A stretch of 63,455 nt of DNA, the filler included, from Globobulimina sp. (lineage: Eukaryota), in the NCBI GenBank assembly GCA_003354225.1. It is 16 parts of 16 records of this genome, joined end to end, with 100 filler letters (N's around TTAATTAATTAA, not from the genome) between each part and the next. Parts side by side here need not be neighbours in the genome. Positions count along the whole stretch, not along the records: positions 11,928 to 15,801 come from PIVH01001953.1; positions 15,902 to 19,774 come from PIVH01001954.1; positions 19,875 to 23,747 come from PIVH01001955.1; positions 23,848 to 27,720 come from PIVH01001956.1; 12 more parts are not named here. One strand, given 5' to 3'. Positions 12,149 through 25,184 of this stretch are shown one piece after another (position 1 is the first letter of the stretch; every line of letters begins with the position of its first letter). Both the position numbers and the translations under genes were made by a program. The notes beneath the pieces were generated by a model. It saw only the letters and a list, made by a program, of their open reading frames with translations, had not been told where the DNA came from and did no database searches.

Positions 12149-13890
12149 TCACAGCATATCATCTCTTGTATGCGCAGTGGCTTTTGAATGAGTCATTGGC
12201 TGAGCAATTCTGAGTGATCTCGCATCAATCCATTGATCCCATTTTTTCTTATAATCCGCAAATCCAATTTTGATGCGATGCTGATACATATCCCTTTTAT
12301 CAATTTCTTTTACTTTGAATAAACACCAATTTCCAATCTCATCTTTGAAATCAACATAATCGCCAACAAAACATTCGTAATTTAGATATTCTACAATCAC
12401 ATTCAACATATCGTCGTTATCAAATTGTTTAAATTCCTTTTGTTTGCAAAATTTCTTCAAAGCCACAAAGTAATAATTTTTATATTCTTTTATTGAAACT
12501 TGATTGGGAATGAATAGATTTATTCCATTTTCTTCGATTTTATCATTGCAATCAACAAACAAATCATTACCACAGTTTTTACAAAATCGCAAATAATATC
12601 TTTTAAATCCAAAGCATAGATTTCTGCAAAGCCTGCGATTGACACAAATGTGAGTTAACTCATTCTTTGTTGCCTGATATCTTTGTAAATGGCTCTTAAT
12701 TAAATCACATTTTTTATTTAAACATTCCAACACAGAAATTGCATGAAAATAGATATTGAACAACGTATCTTGGAATAGCTCCAATTCATTGCCATTCAAA
12801 GCATGTTTTCCATTCTCCAATTTCAAAGTGAGTGATTTGCAGTAAATTAATATTTCACAGATTAATAATATTCCGCCATTATGACCGGCATAGATACGTT
12901 GTGGGAAAGGCACCGTTTTACACAAATTCTTTAATAATAAAAATATTGAACGTATATTATCAATGCTCCGCATAATATTGATTTGATTCCAATTATTATC
13001 CACAAAATATTTTAAAATGACAAAGTATTCAACCATTTGTTTGATAATTATGCCATTGCTAAAGTCAACAATTTCCATTTTACTTTGTACAGTCCAGGAA
13101 AGCATAAATATTGCACAAAAAACCACTTTATTAATTCCAATTCTTTTATTATAAATTTTGATGAATATTTGCATTCGGTGTTCTCTTTCGTTTCTGTCTC
13201 ATTCTCATTGTGTTTCGTTTTAAATATTGACGGAGTGCATGTTAACGAATAACTGTTTGCATTGAGAATGGCGGAGAAAGCATTTAATGAATCACCCAAT
13301 GTCTTAAATAATATTTGAAAGATAAGCGGAGAGGATCCCATTGCCTGATATTCAAAGTCTGAGTCACTGTCATCCTCATCCTCGTTGCTGGAAACATTTG
13401 TTTTCGATAATAACTGGTGAGTATTAAATGCATTTTGAGCCAAAAGAAATATCATTTTACAATATCTTATTTTATGTGCTATTGATTTCAAACCATTTTT
13501 CTTGGCAACTTTTCCATTTTTATGATTGAAGTTTGGTGGACTCAATTTTTTAAAGAAAGTATGATTTATGAATGTTTTGAATGAATCTATTTTTTGTTTT
13601 GCCGGACAAAAAGCATTAACATCGCACAAAATACTTTTTATGATGGCGTTATCCCAAAACATTAACGAATAGACTTCGGATGGTGTGATACCGCATAATT
13701 TAACAAATCTGTGAGGAATACATAATAAACCCATAAATTGTACGTATAAAATGAATACAAACAAAACTAGATTTACACACCGATCAATTACACCTGGCAC
13801 AGATAGAGCGATTGTGGTTTGTTCTACTGCTGAGAATATGGAATTGTATAAAGACTTGTTTTTTTGAGATGTAGTGAATTTAGTTGCCAT
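12149..13890 (-). CDS. Hypothetical protein with a C-terminal chromo-barrel/Tudor-knot (MBT-like) domain
   Basis: Two overlapping ORFs join in frame through a 32-nt GT-AG intron at 13059-13090; C-terminal VGDYVDFKD..GNW..KV..IKIGF..KKWDQWI..SLRIA pattern. Confidence 0.6.
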
Positions 13891-13978
13891 GAGATGCACT
13901 AAAAAGATGTAAGATGAAAATCTCTATTAATTCAACCAAACCTTACATTTTTAATACATTCGTTGCTGTATATTAAAA

Positions 13979-15490
13979 ATGTATCAATATAACAAAACAG
14001 TTCGTAATAAGCATGAAAGCCAACATATTGATGCAAAATGTAAGAACAAGCATGCAAAATCTAGAAAGAAAATGTGGCGGAGATCATCAAATTCATTAAA
14101 ACAAGAATTCAGAAATGGCTCATTTAATTTGCAACTATTCACTCGTTTACATACAACCAAAAGAAATGAACAATACTCGCTACAAAAATATTTAAAATCT
14201 CACCACATTTATGATGATATTCAGATGATTTTAACTCATCAATACATAGCCACTGAGAATATTGAAGATGAATGGCAGTGTACTCGTTGTACATTTATTA
14301 ATATTAATGTTGACAGATTATCACATTGTAAAATATGTCATAATGAGAATAATTATTGGAATGATTCAAATTCAAATTCAAATTCAGCCATTACCACATA
14401 TTCATCCCTCTCGTCTTATATTTCTCATTCAAAAACATCACCGATTAAACGCAAAAAAACTACAAAAAAATATAAAAAACCTGCTGAAACATTTAAATTT
14501 GATGATGAAAACTACAAAAAATTAAAAAAATATATGCAAAAACGCAAAACATCAATTATTGCATACAAACCGTTGCAATACAATACGAACTGGAATAATG
14601 TCCCTAAAATGGAAAAACGTAAAAAGAGTGCAAATAAATTATTTTCTATGTATAAAACCCTCCATTTCTCACAAAACAAAAAGAAACAGCAAATCATGCC
14701 AATTATAAAAAATATCATGTCATTCGTTCCAAAAAAACACACAAAAATTGTATTGCCGCAAACCTCCGCCAATACACAATGCAAAGTATGTTATTGTGAT
14801 AAATCGGATGGAGTGGAATTAGTGACAATGAGTAAGTATTGCAGCCATTGCATGATTTGCACCGATTGTTTTATTCGATATTTATCCATTTCCATATCTG
14901 ACGAAAAGAATATATTTCCGTGGCTATTATGTCCGGCACAAAACTGCAAAGCCGCCATCAACAAAGATTTATTATTAAAATATGTATCGATTAATGATTT
15001 ATATAAATTTGCGGCATTGTTTTTATATAAACACTTACAACGAACATCGTTTTGGATTGATTGCCCCGATGGTTATGACAGGAAATGTAAGTTTGGATGG
15101 ATTGTGTTTGAGAAAGCAGCAAATATGAAATTAAAATGCGAAGTGTGTGGCTGTTTGAAGGAAGAGAGAATGGAGAATGTTTTCGATGATTTATTGTCTT
15201 CGGGGACAATGAAGGAATGTCCGCAGTGCAGCTATCCGGCAATCAAAGATTATGGAATGTGCACTGCGATGCATGGTGGCAAATGTTTTATTTTGTGGAA
15301 TTGGAGAACCAAAGAAATGGGCTCATCCTCAGTTGCCGTCAAAGAAAAAGCGAGATCCAAAGGCAATTTGTGGGAACCCGGCGAGTTGTCATATCAACAA
15401 AACTTACAACAAAACGATTTAACTCAATTTATTGCCTTATTGGCTAGGAATGGAATAAAATATGATCCAAATTATAGGCGAGGAAATTAA
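13979..15490 (+). CDS. RanBP2-type zinc finger plus RBR-like E3 ligase with divergent IBR and RING2
   Basis: WQCTRCTFIN...CKIC; RING1 CKVC..CSHCMICTDC..CPAQNC; C-terminal CPQC...GMC. Confidence 0.75.
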   Translation: MYQYNKTVRNKHESQHIDAKCKNKHAKSRKKMWRRSSNSLKQEFRNGSFNLQLFTRLHTTKRNEQYSLQKYLKSHHIYDDIQMILTHQYIATENIEDEWQCTRCTFININVDRLSHCKICHNENNYWNDSNSNSNSAITTYSSLSSYISHSKTSPIKRKKTTKKYKKPAETFKFDDENYKKLKKYMQKRKTSIIAYKPLQYNTNWNNVPKMEKRKKSANKLFSMYKTLHFSQNKKKQQIMPIIKNIMSFVPKKHTKIVLPQTSANTQCKVCYCDKSDGVELVTMSKYCSHCMICTDCFIRYLSISISDEKNIFPWLLCPAQNCKAAINKDLLLKYVSINDLYKFAALFLYKHLQRTSFWIDCPDGYDRKCKFGWIVFEKAANMKLKCEVCGCLKEERMENVFDDLLSSGTMKECPQCSYPAIKDYGMCTAMHGGKCFILWNWRTKEMGSSSVAVKEKARSKGNLWEPGELSYQQNLQQNDLTQFIALLARNGIKYDPNYRRGN

Positions 15491-15901
15491 TTAACTTTTT
15501 TTCTTTTTGTTTTTGAATACAAATGACTCTGAAAATGAATGCATTGGAAACAATGAAGGAACATTGATGTGAGATGAAAAGACAATGTTTGTGCTTGTCT
15601 TGACATAATTGAATTGATGTTTCATTCTATGATTTATGCAAATATAAATTGAGTGGTCGCATGCTCTTTGCTTCTATATATGGTTTAATACGGATTAGAA
15701 CACAAAATAAAATCTAACTAATAATGAATAATCACAAATGATCACAATACGGAACACACACACAAAAAAACACAAAATCATCACAAAAAAAAACACACAA
15801 TNNNNNNNNNNNNNNNNNNNNNNNNNNNNNNNNNNNNNNNNNNNNTTAATTAATTAANNNNNNNNNNNNNNNNNNNNNNNNNNNNNNNNNNNNNNNNNNN
15901 N

Positions 15902-17706
15902 TTCATCAAATTGTTTGTTCTCCATCTTAATATTTCGGTTTTGGGTATCTGATGATTCAGCATTTTCTAATCCTAATATCATACTATCAATTATTGCAAT
16001 TTCTTCTTCGAGCATGTTTTTCTCCATTTCCTCCACCATAATTCCTCCGGAATGCGGGTGTTTGGTCGAAATACAGTTCGTGGCCATGGATGTTGACCCA
16101 TTCTGTAATGATAAGGATGCGGTTCCTTTTGTTTTAACAATATTTGAACCGCCATCTTTTTCTTTTTTTGCACCAATTTCAATATTTTTCCGAAGTGATT
16201 GCGATGAAGTTTCTTCATCTTGATTTTGTATTACTTTTCTTTGTTGAATGACTGTCGAATATGAATCAATGATATCATATCTTTGTTGAGTGAGAATTGA
16301 TATCATTTGTGAGATATTACATGATTTATAGGGATAATTATTGTTAAATTCAACAGCATCGTCATCGTCTTCATCAGTATTATTTATCCACGACATTGAG
16401 CCAATTATATTCACTGATTTCTTGATTAAGGTTTGCTTGCATTCAACGTGTATCTTTGAAATAATTTTATATGGCTTTATTTCAGAAATTTTAACAGTTT
16501 GAACGCCTGACCAGATCTGCGATTTATTGTCGTATAATAATATATTCATCGAGACGTATTTTTCCTTTTTTTCATTGTTATTTTTTATTAATTCATCGTA
16601 TTCTTTATTATCAAACAATAGATCAATTCGTAAACGCTTAAATATTTTGTGGTTAATTGGAGTGGTAACACAGTGACAAAATCTATTGATATTATCATTG
16701 TATTCTGTAAGTATTTCATCTCTTTGCTTTCTCTCGAAAGCGTAACTAAAACAGTCGCATAATGACGTTTTATCTAAATTTCCGACATAATATTGTGTTT
16801 CTTCTTTATTTATGGATATATTCAATGCAAACTGCATATGTTGACAAATGTATATTTATTGTGTATATATCGCATTTAAATTGATAGAAAATAACCTGGT
16901 TTTTTGATATGGAAAGAATGGATTTTGGTGATTTCAGTTTTAAATTATTTAATGGATGCATTGTATGATAATAATCATCGTCGTCGTCTTGGTTGTCATC
17001 ATTATTGTTGTTCTGTATCATGAATGAATCGATACTTTGTTGGTCGTCTGAGTCCATACGATGTCGAAATATCATATTTTGTTTTTCTTTTCGCTGCGGA
17101 GTAGACATGTTATAGTTTTTCGGAAACAATGGGGCTGTTTTAATATGAAAATATGAATATGAATATGAAAAATATTACATAGCAATACCTTGGTCTTTTA
17201 ATGGGTGCGTATGTTCTGCAAATTTATTATTTGTTAATTTGTTTTGTGTGGAACAACAATAAATACAATTAATACATGACGGTGGTGGTGAACGTGAAGA
17301 TAATTTGATACTTTGTAATTGTTTTGAAGATTTAGGAGGAGGCGATAATGCGCGTTTTTTTGAAGAACGTCCCATTAAATATGATGCAAACGACCAAACA
17401 CTGCTGCTCTTAGCCCTGTTTTTGGATAATTTTGATGACGAATTATTTAATTGATTTCCTCGCGATACTTTATCGCAGCATTTGTTACATAATCTTAAGA
17501 ATGATGGATTTGGCTCGTATGATAATACAAACTTCCTCGCACAATTCGAGCATAGTCTATGTTGGTTACACAACTTTAATTTGGTGACATTTCCAGTCAA
17601 TTTAAGCTATTTTGGTAACTGTATATTTACATACTTCGCATGAATAAGGACGAATAAATACGGAGAATTCACGATGACAGCCCTGACATTGCTTATTAGA
17701 ACTCAT
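15902..17706 (-). CDS. FYVE-like zinc-finger protein, four exons, 3' partial
   Basis: ATG at 17706; intron 17574-17634 gives CQGCHREFSVFIRPYSCELCNQHRLCSNC...RLCNKC; further GT-AG introns near 17135-17188 and 16832-16895 join the listed ORFs in frame. Confidence 0.65.
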
Positions 17707-17790
17707 ATCCAAGTCAGTCATTATTAACACCAAAGATTGAGGCGATAAATGTTTGAACTGCAAAACTTTATAAATGTGATAACAGGAAAC

Positions 17791-19084
17791 ATGCTTCTTT
17801 TATTGTTGCTCCTCAGTCTGTTAAATAATTCTTCTGCAAGTTGTGGCTATGCAGATCTCACTGCCACTATTAGTTATGGTGGTTTTCCGTTTCCAATTGG
17901 TGAATTTACATTATCTAACGATAAATGTCAGGCATTATCTGCTGTGCTTAGTGTGGTATGTATTAATTTATTGTAGAACTTATTATAATGAGCAAGAACT
18001 GGTAATTTCCAATCAGTTTGGTACGGAACAAGCTATATATGGAGCACTGATTTTTTCATGTGACCCAACAAATAGCAGCAGATTAATTGTAACAGAATAT
18101 AACAATGCATTATGTACCGGACGTATAGTTGCATCATCACCAATTTCCATAAACGAAAACATAAATTTATTTAACGAGTATTTGTATTTTGTTTTAAATG
18201 GATTTGTTTGCTCAGATACAGACTGCGGTGTTGATATTACATTTAGCGATGATTGTACTGGAATATCGTCAGATAAATATGCGAACCTTGCCATTCCACC
18301 AGATTCATGTCAAACATTTGGCGATGATTTTGGTGTTGGAACTGTATCATTTGCTGTTTTATCCGCCATACCATATCAAATATTACCTCAAGGCGTAGTT
18401 GATGGGCTACTTTCCACTGCATTGCAATTTAAATGTTGTGAGAATGATAGTAGTTTATTAATATATAATTACAGTGATACAAATTGTTTATCAACAACAG
18501 CATATAATACACTCCGGTTATCAAATAATTACAATGGACAATGTTTTGTATTAATGGCTGAACAAAAACCATTTGATATGTCAAGTAATTCCAGCACATT
18601 GAATCCAAATGATATAAATATTAATCATCAATTATATGCACTTCGATATACATGGAGTTGTGATGAATATACGGATTGTACGGATATAGAATTTATGGAT
18701 GAAGCACAAATACCTAATCTATGCCCGGATAAATGTTTGGAGGCAGGATATACATTACCGCCAACAATAAGAACCCCAACAACTGCACCAACAATTGCAC
18801 CCACCTTCGACTGCGACATGTTAATATTTGTGATTGTTGCTGCAATTGGTATGGTTGGATTATGTATGTATAATAAAAGAAAAATGAAGCGTGTTGTTGA
18901 GGAAAGATATGAACCAATGATTGTTAATAATACAGTTGAAGGTACATTCAATGAAGAGAATGATGATGATGATGATAATGATAATACAACATCTGGACAA
19001 TACGTATTGCCTGGAAAGGACACAATAGATGGTGGTGATGGTGTTACTATTGATAATGCAAATTTGCTATGGGGATTTAGATGA
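17791..19084 (+). CDS. Cys-rich type I membrane protein
   Basis: Signal peptide MLLLLLLLSLL; 61-nt intron 17956-18016; PT-rich stalk; single TM followed by NKRKMKR; acidic tail. Confidence 0.65.
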
Positions 19085-19661
19085 TCGGTCCGGGTTTATA
19101 GGTATTGGCATACATGGCTGGGTCATGGCATACGCGTTGTTGAGTTTTTTTGTTGAGTTTTTTTCTTTTTAGTTCTTTATATTTTGTGTTCTTTATATTT
19201 TTTGTGATGCTGAAATAATTTTTTATCCTAGGTTTGACCATAGAATAATGTCAGAGTATATTGCATCGGAAATAATAGACAAGTTAATGAATTGACATCC
19301 TTCATTGACTATGAAATTTATAGAAAATAAAAAGACGAAAGTGTTTCTACAAAAACAATATGATAAGTACATTAGGTGTCAGATAGCAAATTTGCATTAT
19401 CAACAGTAACACCATCACCACCATCTATTGTGTCCTTTCCAGGCAATACGTATTGTCCAGATGTTGTATTATCATTATTATCATCATTCTCTTCATGGAA
19501 TGTACCTTCAACTGTATTATTAACAATCATTGGTTCATATCTTGGGTCATTCTCTTCAATTTCATTTTGTTTACTTTCTTCAACAACACGCTTCATTTTT
19601 CTTTTATTATACATACATAATCCAACCATACCAATTGCAGCAACAATCACAAATATTAACA
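18819..19661. repeat. Inverted duplication with arms 18819-19070 and 19383-19661
   Basis: Arms are near reverse complements, differing by a few substitutions and in-frame indels. Confidence 0.9.
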
Positions 19662-19705
19662 CCCCAATCAATGCATCTCCAGCACTCTTGATTATTAAGT
19701 TATAT
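19372..19705 (-). CDS. Last exon of a convergent paralog of the 17791-19084 gene, 5' partial
   Basis: TM and tail almost identical to the + strand gene; acceptor-like ...TGTCAG near 19706. Confidence 0.6.
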
Positions 19706-19874
19706 CTGACATATGTTAATTTGTAAAATCATATATATTTATATACTAAACTAATGGATGTCTGTCATGTTTATNNNNNNNNNNNNNNNNNNNNNNNNNN
19801 NNNNNNNNNNNNNNNNNNTTAATTAATTAANNNNNNNNNNNNNNNNNNNNNNNNNNNNNNNNNNNNNNNNNNNN

Positions 19875-22800
19875 CATCTTCCTTATATTTGTAAAATAGT
19901 AACCCTTTGTCGTTACATATGTATTTTCCATTTAATACATAACGATATAAATACTTAGGAAGTGACCGGATTAGATTGGTATTATCTGTCAATATATATT
20001 GGATTATCCCATATAGCCATGGATCGGATTGTTGTTTATCAAGTATTAATTTTGGAGTTATGTGTTTTGGATAGTATCTATCGAGGATTTGGGATGGAAT
20101 GGGATCGATTGTATCGAGATTATAGATGGGATCATTGGTTTTATATGATATGATTTGATTATTTAGTTTTAACGCTTCATCTAAGCGTTCGTTATATAGT
20201 TTGCGTTGGTTTGTATTATGGACATCGTCAATATGCGGGATTTCGATTAATGTCGAATTTATAATATCTTGTTCTTGATTTGCAGGGATTTTGTTTCTAA
20301 GTCGCGTAGATCGGCGACGTGTTTCTGTTTGTTTTGGTTTGGGTTTTGTTTGTTGTGTGGGTTTATTTGGTTGGTTTTGTTGTAGTTTGTGTTGTGGTTT
20401 CTTTTTATTTTTATGTGTAACTAACACCCGCCACTTCTGAAGGTTTTCAAGTAATTCATCTAAAAACTCTTCTTCGTTCCGCTCTCCTTTGCCTTTATCA
20501 TGGTTTCGTGGTGTTGGTGGGTCTGAGTCGTCCAATCCATCCATAACGACATCGGTATCGTATGAGGTCGCGTCCGATTCGTCATAGTCGGGATAGAATG
20601 GCCTATCATAAAGGCTCTGGTCGCAATCGGATGAATCAACAAATTCATTATCAATGTCATTAAATATTTTCTCGTCGTTATCCGAATCGTCCACAATGAA
20701 TGAATTATTATGGTCCGGATTTGCGTGACCTGGACAATTTAGATTAAGGTCCGGGTGAATTAAATCGTGATTTGGGACCATTCCGTTGTGATTCAAACCC
20801 ATTATATCGTGGTTTGAATTGAGTTTATGCGAATTTGCGTCGTCGATTGAATCAATTTGATTATGGGCCGAATCAATTTGTGTATGTTCCGGGCTCATTC
20901 TGTAATGATTTAAACCCATTTTATCGTGGTTTAGATCATTTTTATGATGTACATTATGCGAATTTGCGTGGCAATTTGTGGCCGTTAATGCACGCAAATT
21001 GTATGAATTACGCAGCGTCGTCGGGTATTTGTCAGTGATTTGGTGATAAAATGCATCAAATTCACTGAGTTTATTATGTGTTGATCCAGTCGAATGGATC
21101 GAATTTAATTTTAGTGTGCGCGGATTTATTGCAATTTGTATCAATGTCGGGTCTGATTTATGTGTTCCCGGCGTTAATTTATGTGTTTTGTGCCGCGAGA
21201 ATGATTTGTGTGTTGTGCCATCGATCTGTGCCGCCGTTCTATGTTTCGATTCTGTTATCGTTTGAGTCTGAAAATGGCTCAAATACAATGATAATATGTC
21301 ATGTGTTTGGAGCTTGCGTTCCTCCCTCAATTCATTTATAATGATGCTGTTCTCGGTATGTTCAGCATATAATCCATTCCTTGATAAATAATCTGCGACA
21401 ATATTTTCATAGCCAGGCACATATTGCGCAGTAAAATCGTATTCCTGAAGTCGTACGGCCCATCGATAGAGTTTCCCGGCGCGGAAATTCTTGGCTCTGT
21501 TGAAGAGCTCTTGTAAATTTTTGTGGTCGGTATGGACTATGAAATGATTCCCGACCAACAAATACCGCCATTTTTCCACCATATAAATCACTGCGAATAC
21601 TTCCTGTTCGCTTACATGCCAATTCTGCTGTGTTGGCGTAAAGGATTTCGAGGCAAAAGCAATGGGTCGGAACAGCCCGCCGTCGTCATACTGGCCCACC
21701 ACACCACCGATGCCATGGATCGATGCATCACAAAAGATATGTATTTTGCGATCAGGGTCCGGATGAATTAAAATATCTGCCTTTTGGATCATTAATTTCA
21801 AGGCGGCGAAGGCTTTACGGCGCTCTGCATTCATTGCAAATGGCTCATTGGCCTCAAGCAGTTTGTAAAGCGGCTTGGCTATTTTATGCAAATCAGGTAT
21901 AAATTTGTGCAAATAAGCAATCAATCCGAGGAAGATTTGGGTCTCTTCCTTGCTCCGTAACTGTGGCACATTTATGATTCTCTTTTTATATTTTTCTGTC
22001 GGGCGATAGCCATATTTGTTGACATAGTACCCCAAATATTCTGTTTCTTGTGCTGCAAATAAGCACTTATCAATCCGGAGCTTAATGTTATATTTTTGGA
22101 TGCGTTCAAATACGGCCTTTATGTGCGTTATGTGTTCGGTTAAGGAGTCGCTGAGTATGGCAATATCGTCGATATAGACAGTGACAAATGGCAGATCCGC
22201 AAATATTTTCGTCATTACGCGTTGGAACATTGCGGGCGCATTTTTGAGACCCATCGGCATCACAGTCCATTGATATAAACGTCCATCAAATTCGAATGCA
22301 GTGAGTGGCTTCGTATCATCATCCAATGGAATATGCCAATATCCCGCCTTCATGTCCAGCGACGTCACATACTCCTTATTTCTGAATTTTTGCAGCAATT
22401 TTTGTATGTTTGGTATTGGAAACTGGTCAGGTTTTGTGAGGTGATTCAAGCGGCGAAAATCGAATACAATGCGTACATCGCCAGTCTTCTTAGGGCGTGG
22501 AAACAAGCTCGAACGCCATTCACTGTCGCTGTATTCGATCCGTTTATCATCAAACAAGTTTTGTATTTGTCTCTGCAATCCTTCATAATATCTTTTATTT
22601 ATATAATATGTAGGATTTGCGACAGGAGTTACGTCGATGTCGTCGCGTAAACGAATTTTGAATTTTTCGCCTGGGATCAACCCGATGTCAGCACCACTGC
22701 CTCCATGTGATATATTATCCGCATACGAATGAAGTATATCAAGTATTGGCTCTCGCGCAGCCTCGTCGTGTATGGTTATGTCGAAATTTATATTTTCGGC

Positions 22801-23679
22801 ATCTGTTTTTAATGGGTATAGCTCGCATGGCATATCATCGAAGCCGTCGTCATAGAATTCGGGCTCAAATTCGTGTTCAAAGGTATCATTCATTTGAATC
22901 AATTTATAATTTAAGACGTGGAGCAGCGATCGGCCAATAAGGAAATTGATATTATCGGGCAATTGATGCAGTACATAGAACTTATTGGTGATTATGCGGT
23001 TTTTATGTTTTATTTTTATCGGTAAGTATTCGTGTACGGTGGCATAGCCATTGCCAGTACGTACTTTCGTGTGTCGCCGATCCCTCAATAGGTATTTTTT
23101 ATATTTTAGGGCAGTTTTCAGATTTATGCATTGCAGATTTGAGCCACCATCGGCGACCGCATTAATAGTGGCATTAAACGGCGATATGACGTCGAAGTTG
23201 GTTGTATTGACTGGCACATCGATGTATGCCGTGTTTATGCTCTCCGTGGCATATAATTGACGGAAATTTTGCGCATAAACTGGATCATTCATATTAAAAC
23301 ATGGATGGTCGCGCAATACGTGAGTTAAGGCAGGGATGATGGCACTGGTTTCGTTATCGTTTATTTCATCATCATCATGCACGTTGGGTATGGCTCTGGC
23401 AATGAGTATGGGTGCCGGCGTTGGGTTTGGTGCTGGTTCTGGACTCTCTGAACCATCATTCCTTATCATAGGCGACCGGCCATGATCGAAAGTGTGGTGT
23501 GAGGATCCTACGTAATACGTGTTGATATCTGTGGTGTTTGTGGTATGTTTCTGTGCTGTTTTTGATAGGTTTGATGTCGGAGAGGGATTAATTTGTGGCG
23601 TCGAAGAAGATATCGACCGATTCTGAGTGTGTCCGGGGATGCGGTCTGTTTTGCGGTCTTTTATTGCGAGCTTTATCAT
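19875..23679 (-). CDS. pol: Pol polyprotein: aspartic protease, reverse transcriptase, RNase H, long insertion, start of integrase region; 3' partial
   Basis: ADGGS (protease); DFRRLN, LDMKAGYWHI, MPMGLKNAPA, YIDD (RT); CDAS, EQE, TDH, ADYLSR (RNase H); QQSDP...GLLFYK (pre-IN). Confidence 0.93.
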
Positions 23680-23747
23680 TATGGGCGGGAGCTTTATTTG
23701 GCTGCGATATCGTTATCGTAAATTGCTGTCGCTCGTTCTTTTTATTC
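19875..23747 (-). mobile_element. Ty3/gypsy-type LTR retrotransposon, internal part (LTRs not on this contig)
   Basis: PR-RT-RH order followed by a pre-integrase linker; intronless. Confidence 0.93.
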
Positions 23748-24442
23748 NNNNNNNNNNNNNNNNNNNNNNNNNNNNNNNNNNNNNNNNNNNNTTAATTAAT
23801 TAANNNNNNNNNNNNNNNNNNNNNNNNNNNNNNNNNNNNNNNNNNNNAAATGCAAGTCTTCATATAAATATTACTATTCTTTTAAAATATAAATATTGTC
23901 AAATACCTTCCCTTTCTCTTCTCTGTTTTGAAATTATATCAGTACTTTGCTTGTAACTATTAAATGATAAACGATTACTACGCATACTGATAGATATTGA
24001 TTTAATGTAAATGGCCTCTGTGCTTTCACCTGCTCCAATACCCGCCAAAAGTAATAAAATACTGAGAATAATAATTAAAGCGTTGGCTGTGGCAATTGTA
24101 CTTTTTGGTGAAATTGATGTATTGACGCGACAGGAGATTAGAAATTTAAGGGAAAGAGTTTTTGAAAATAATTCAGTCGGTGTTTTCTTGCACAGTCTCG
24201 TGACTCTCGTCTCTGTTGTGAACTTGTGATATTAGGTGATCTAGAAAAATATCTGATTTTCAGATTGTTTATTATATTCTGCCCAGTTTAAGAGCCCCAA
24301 ATGCGATTATAAAATAGAAATAAATGACACATTAAAATGTATAAAATATGTATGTCAAGATACGAAAATACGACAAAAACGAAATCCAGAAACAAAAACT
24401 ACATATCAGATACAGTAAACACACAGGAATTTGTTTTTAACA

Positions 24443-25184
24443 TTAAGTGCTCATATATGATCCAGGTGATCCATCTAAATTTTGTGCTCTCCACGCCCAG
24501 AATTCAGCTTCTTCGGCTTTCTCATGAACTTTTCTGTCATTTTCAGAAATCATACTCGCTGCCACATCTTTGATAGACAACACACGACAAACAACAAACT
24601 CATCATCAACCAATGGCAAATGCCGAATATTGTGCGATAACATGATCGAAAAACAATCCTCTGACGAGATATGGTTCTTTGCTGCCACGATTGTATCATT
24701 TGGCGTCATTATATCACTGATTATGGTCTCATTCAATCCAGTTACATTTTCACTGATTGCTTTCATGCAATCTCGCTCTGTCACCACACCTACGATCTCA
24801 TGCTCGTCCTTCTCATTCACCACCACCAAACAACCAATGCTCATCTTTTTTTATTTTATTTTATTTTATTTTATTTTATTTTGCGTTTTTGCGTGTTATT
24901 AAAATATATCGGATATATCGTATCATATATTACTAAACATCAATCATTTTTTTTGCTGCGGTTTTAACGGATGTTTGATCGCCTGTTGTTGCAATACGAT
25001 GCGATTTGTGGAGTCGATTTATTTTTTGGTCTGATGGCACTGTGAAAGCATTGGTTGTAAATAATTTTGAGCTTGCGACGAATTTACGAGTACTAATAGT
25101 TGATAAGATACAATTTGAATTTGGATGATAATTTCCAAGACGTTTTCCTAGTGACCTTCCAAATATACGTACTATTTCATTCAT
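24443..25184 (-). CDS. Tandem CBS-domain protein with a probable mitochondrial presequence, two exons
   Basis: IGCLVV...GVVTERD...DIMTP...NIRHLPLVD...SIKDV; intron ~24845-24938; R/S-rich N-terminus. Confidence 0.85.

Noticed and set aside
13048-13174. Programmed frameshift between overlapping ORFs (also at 4726-4763, 16806-16837 and 42229-42290)
   Set aside because: Each overlap is resolved by a frame-restoring GT-AG intron.
23848-24240. Short ORFs on both strands at the contig start
   Set aside because: No recognisable motif; I cannot tell which strand, if either, is coding.
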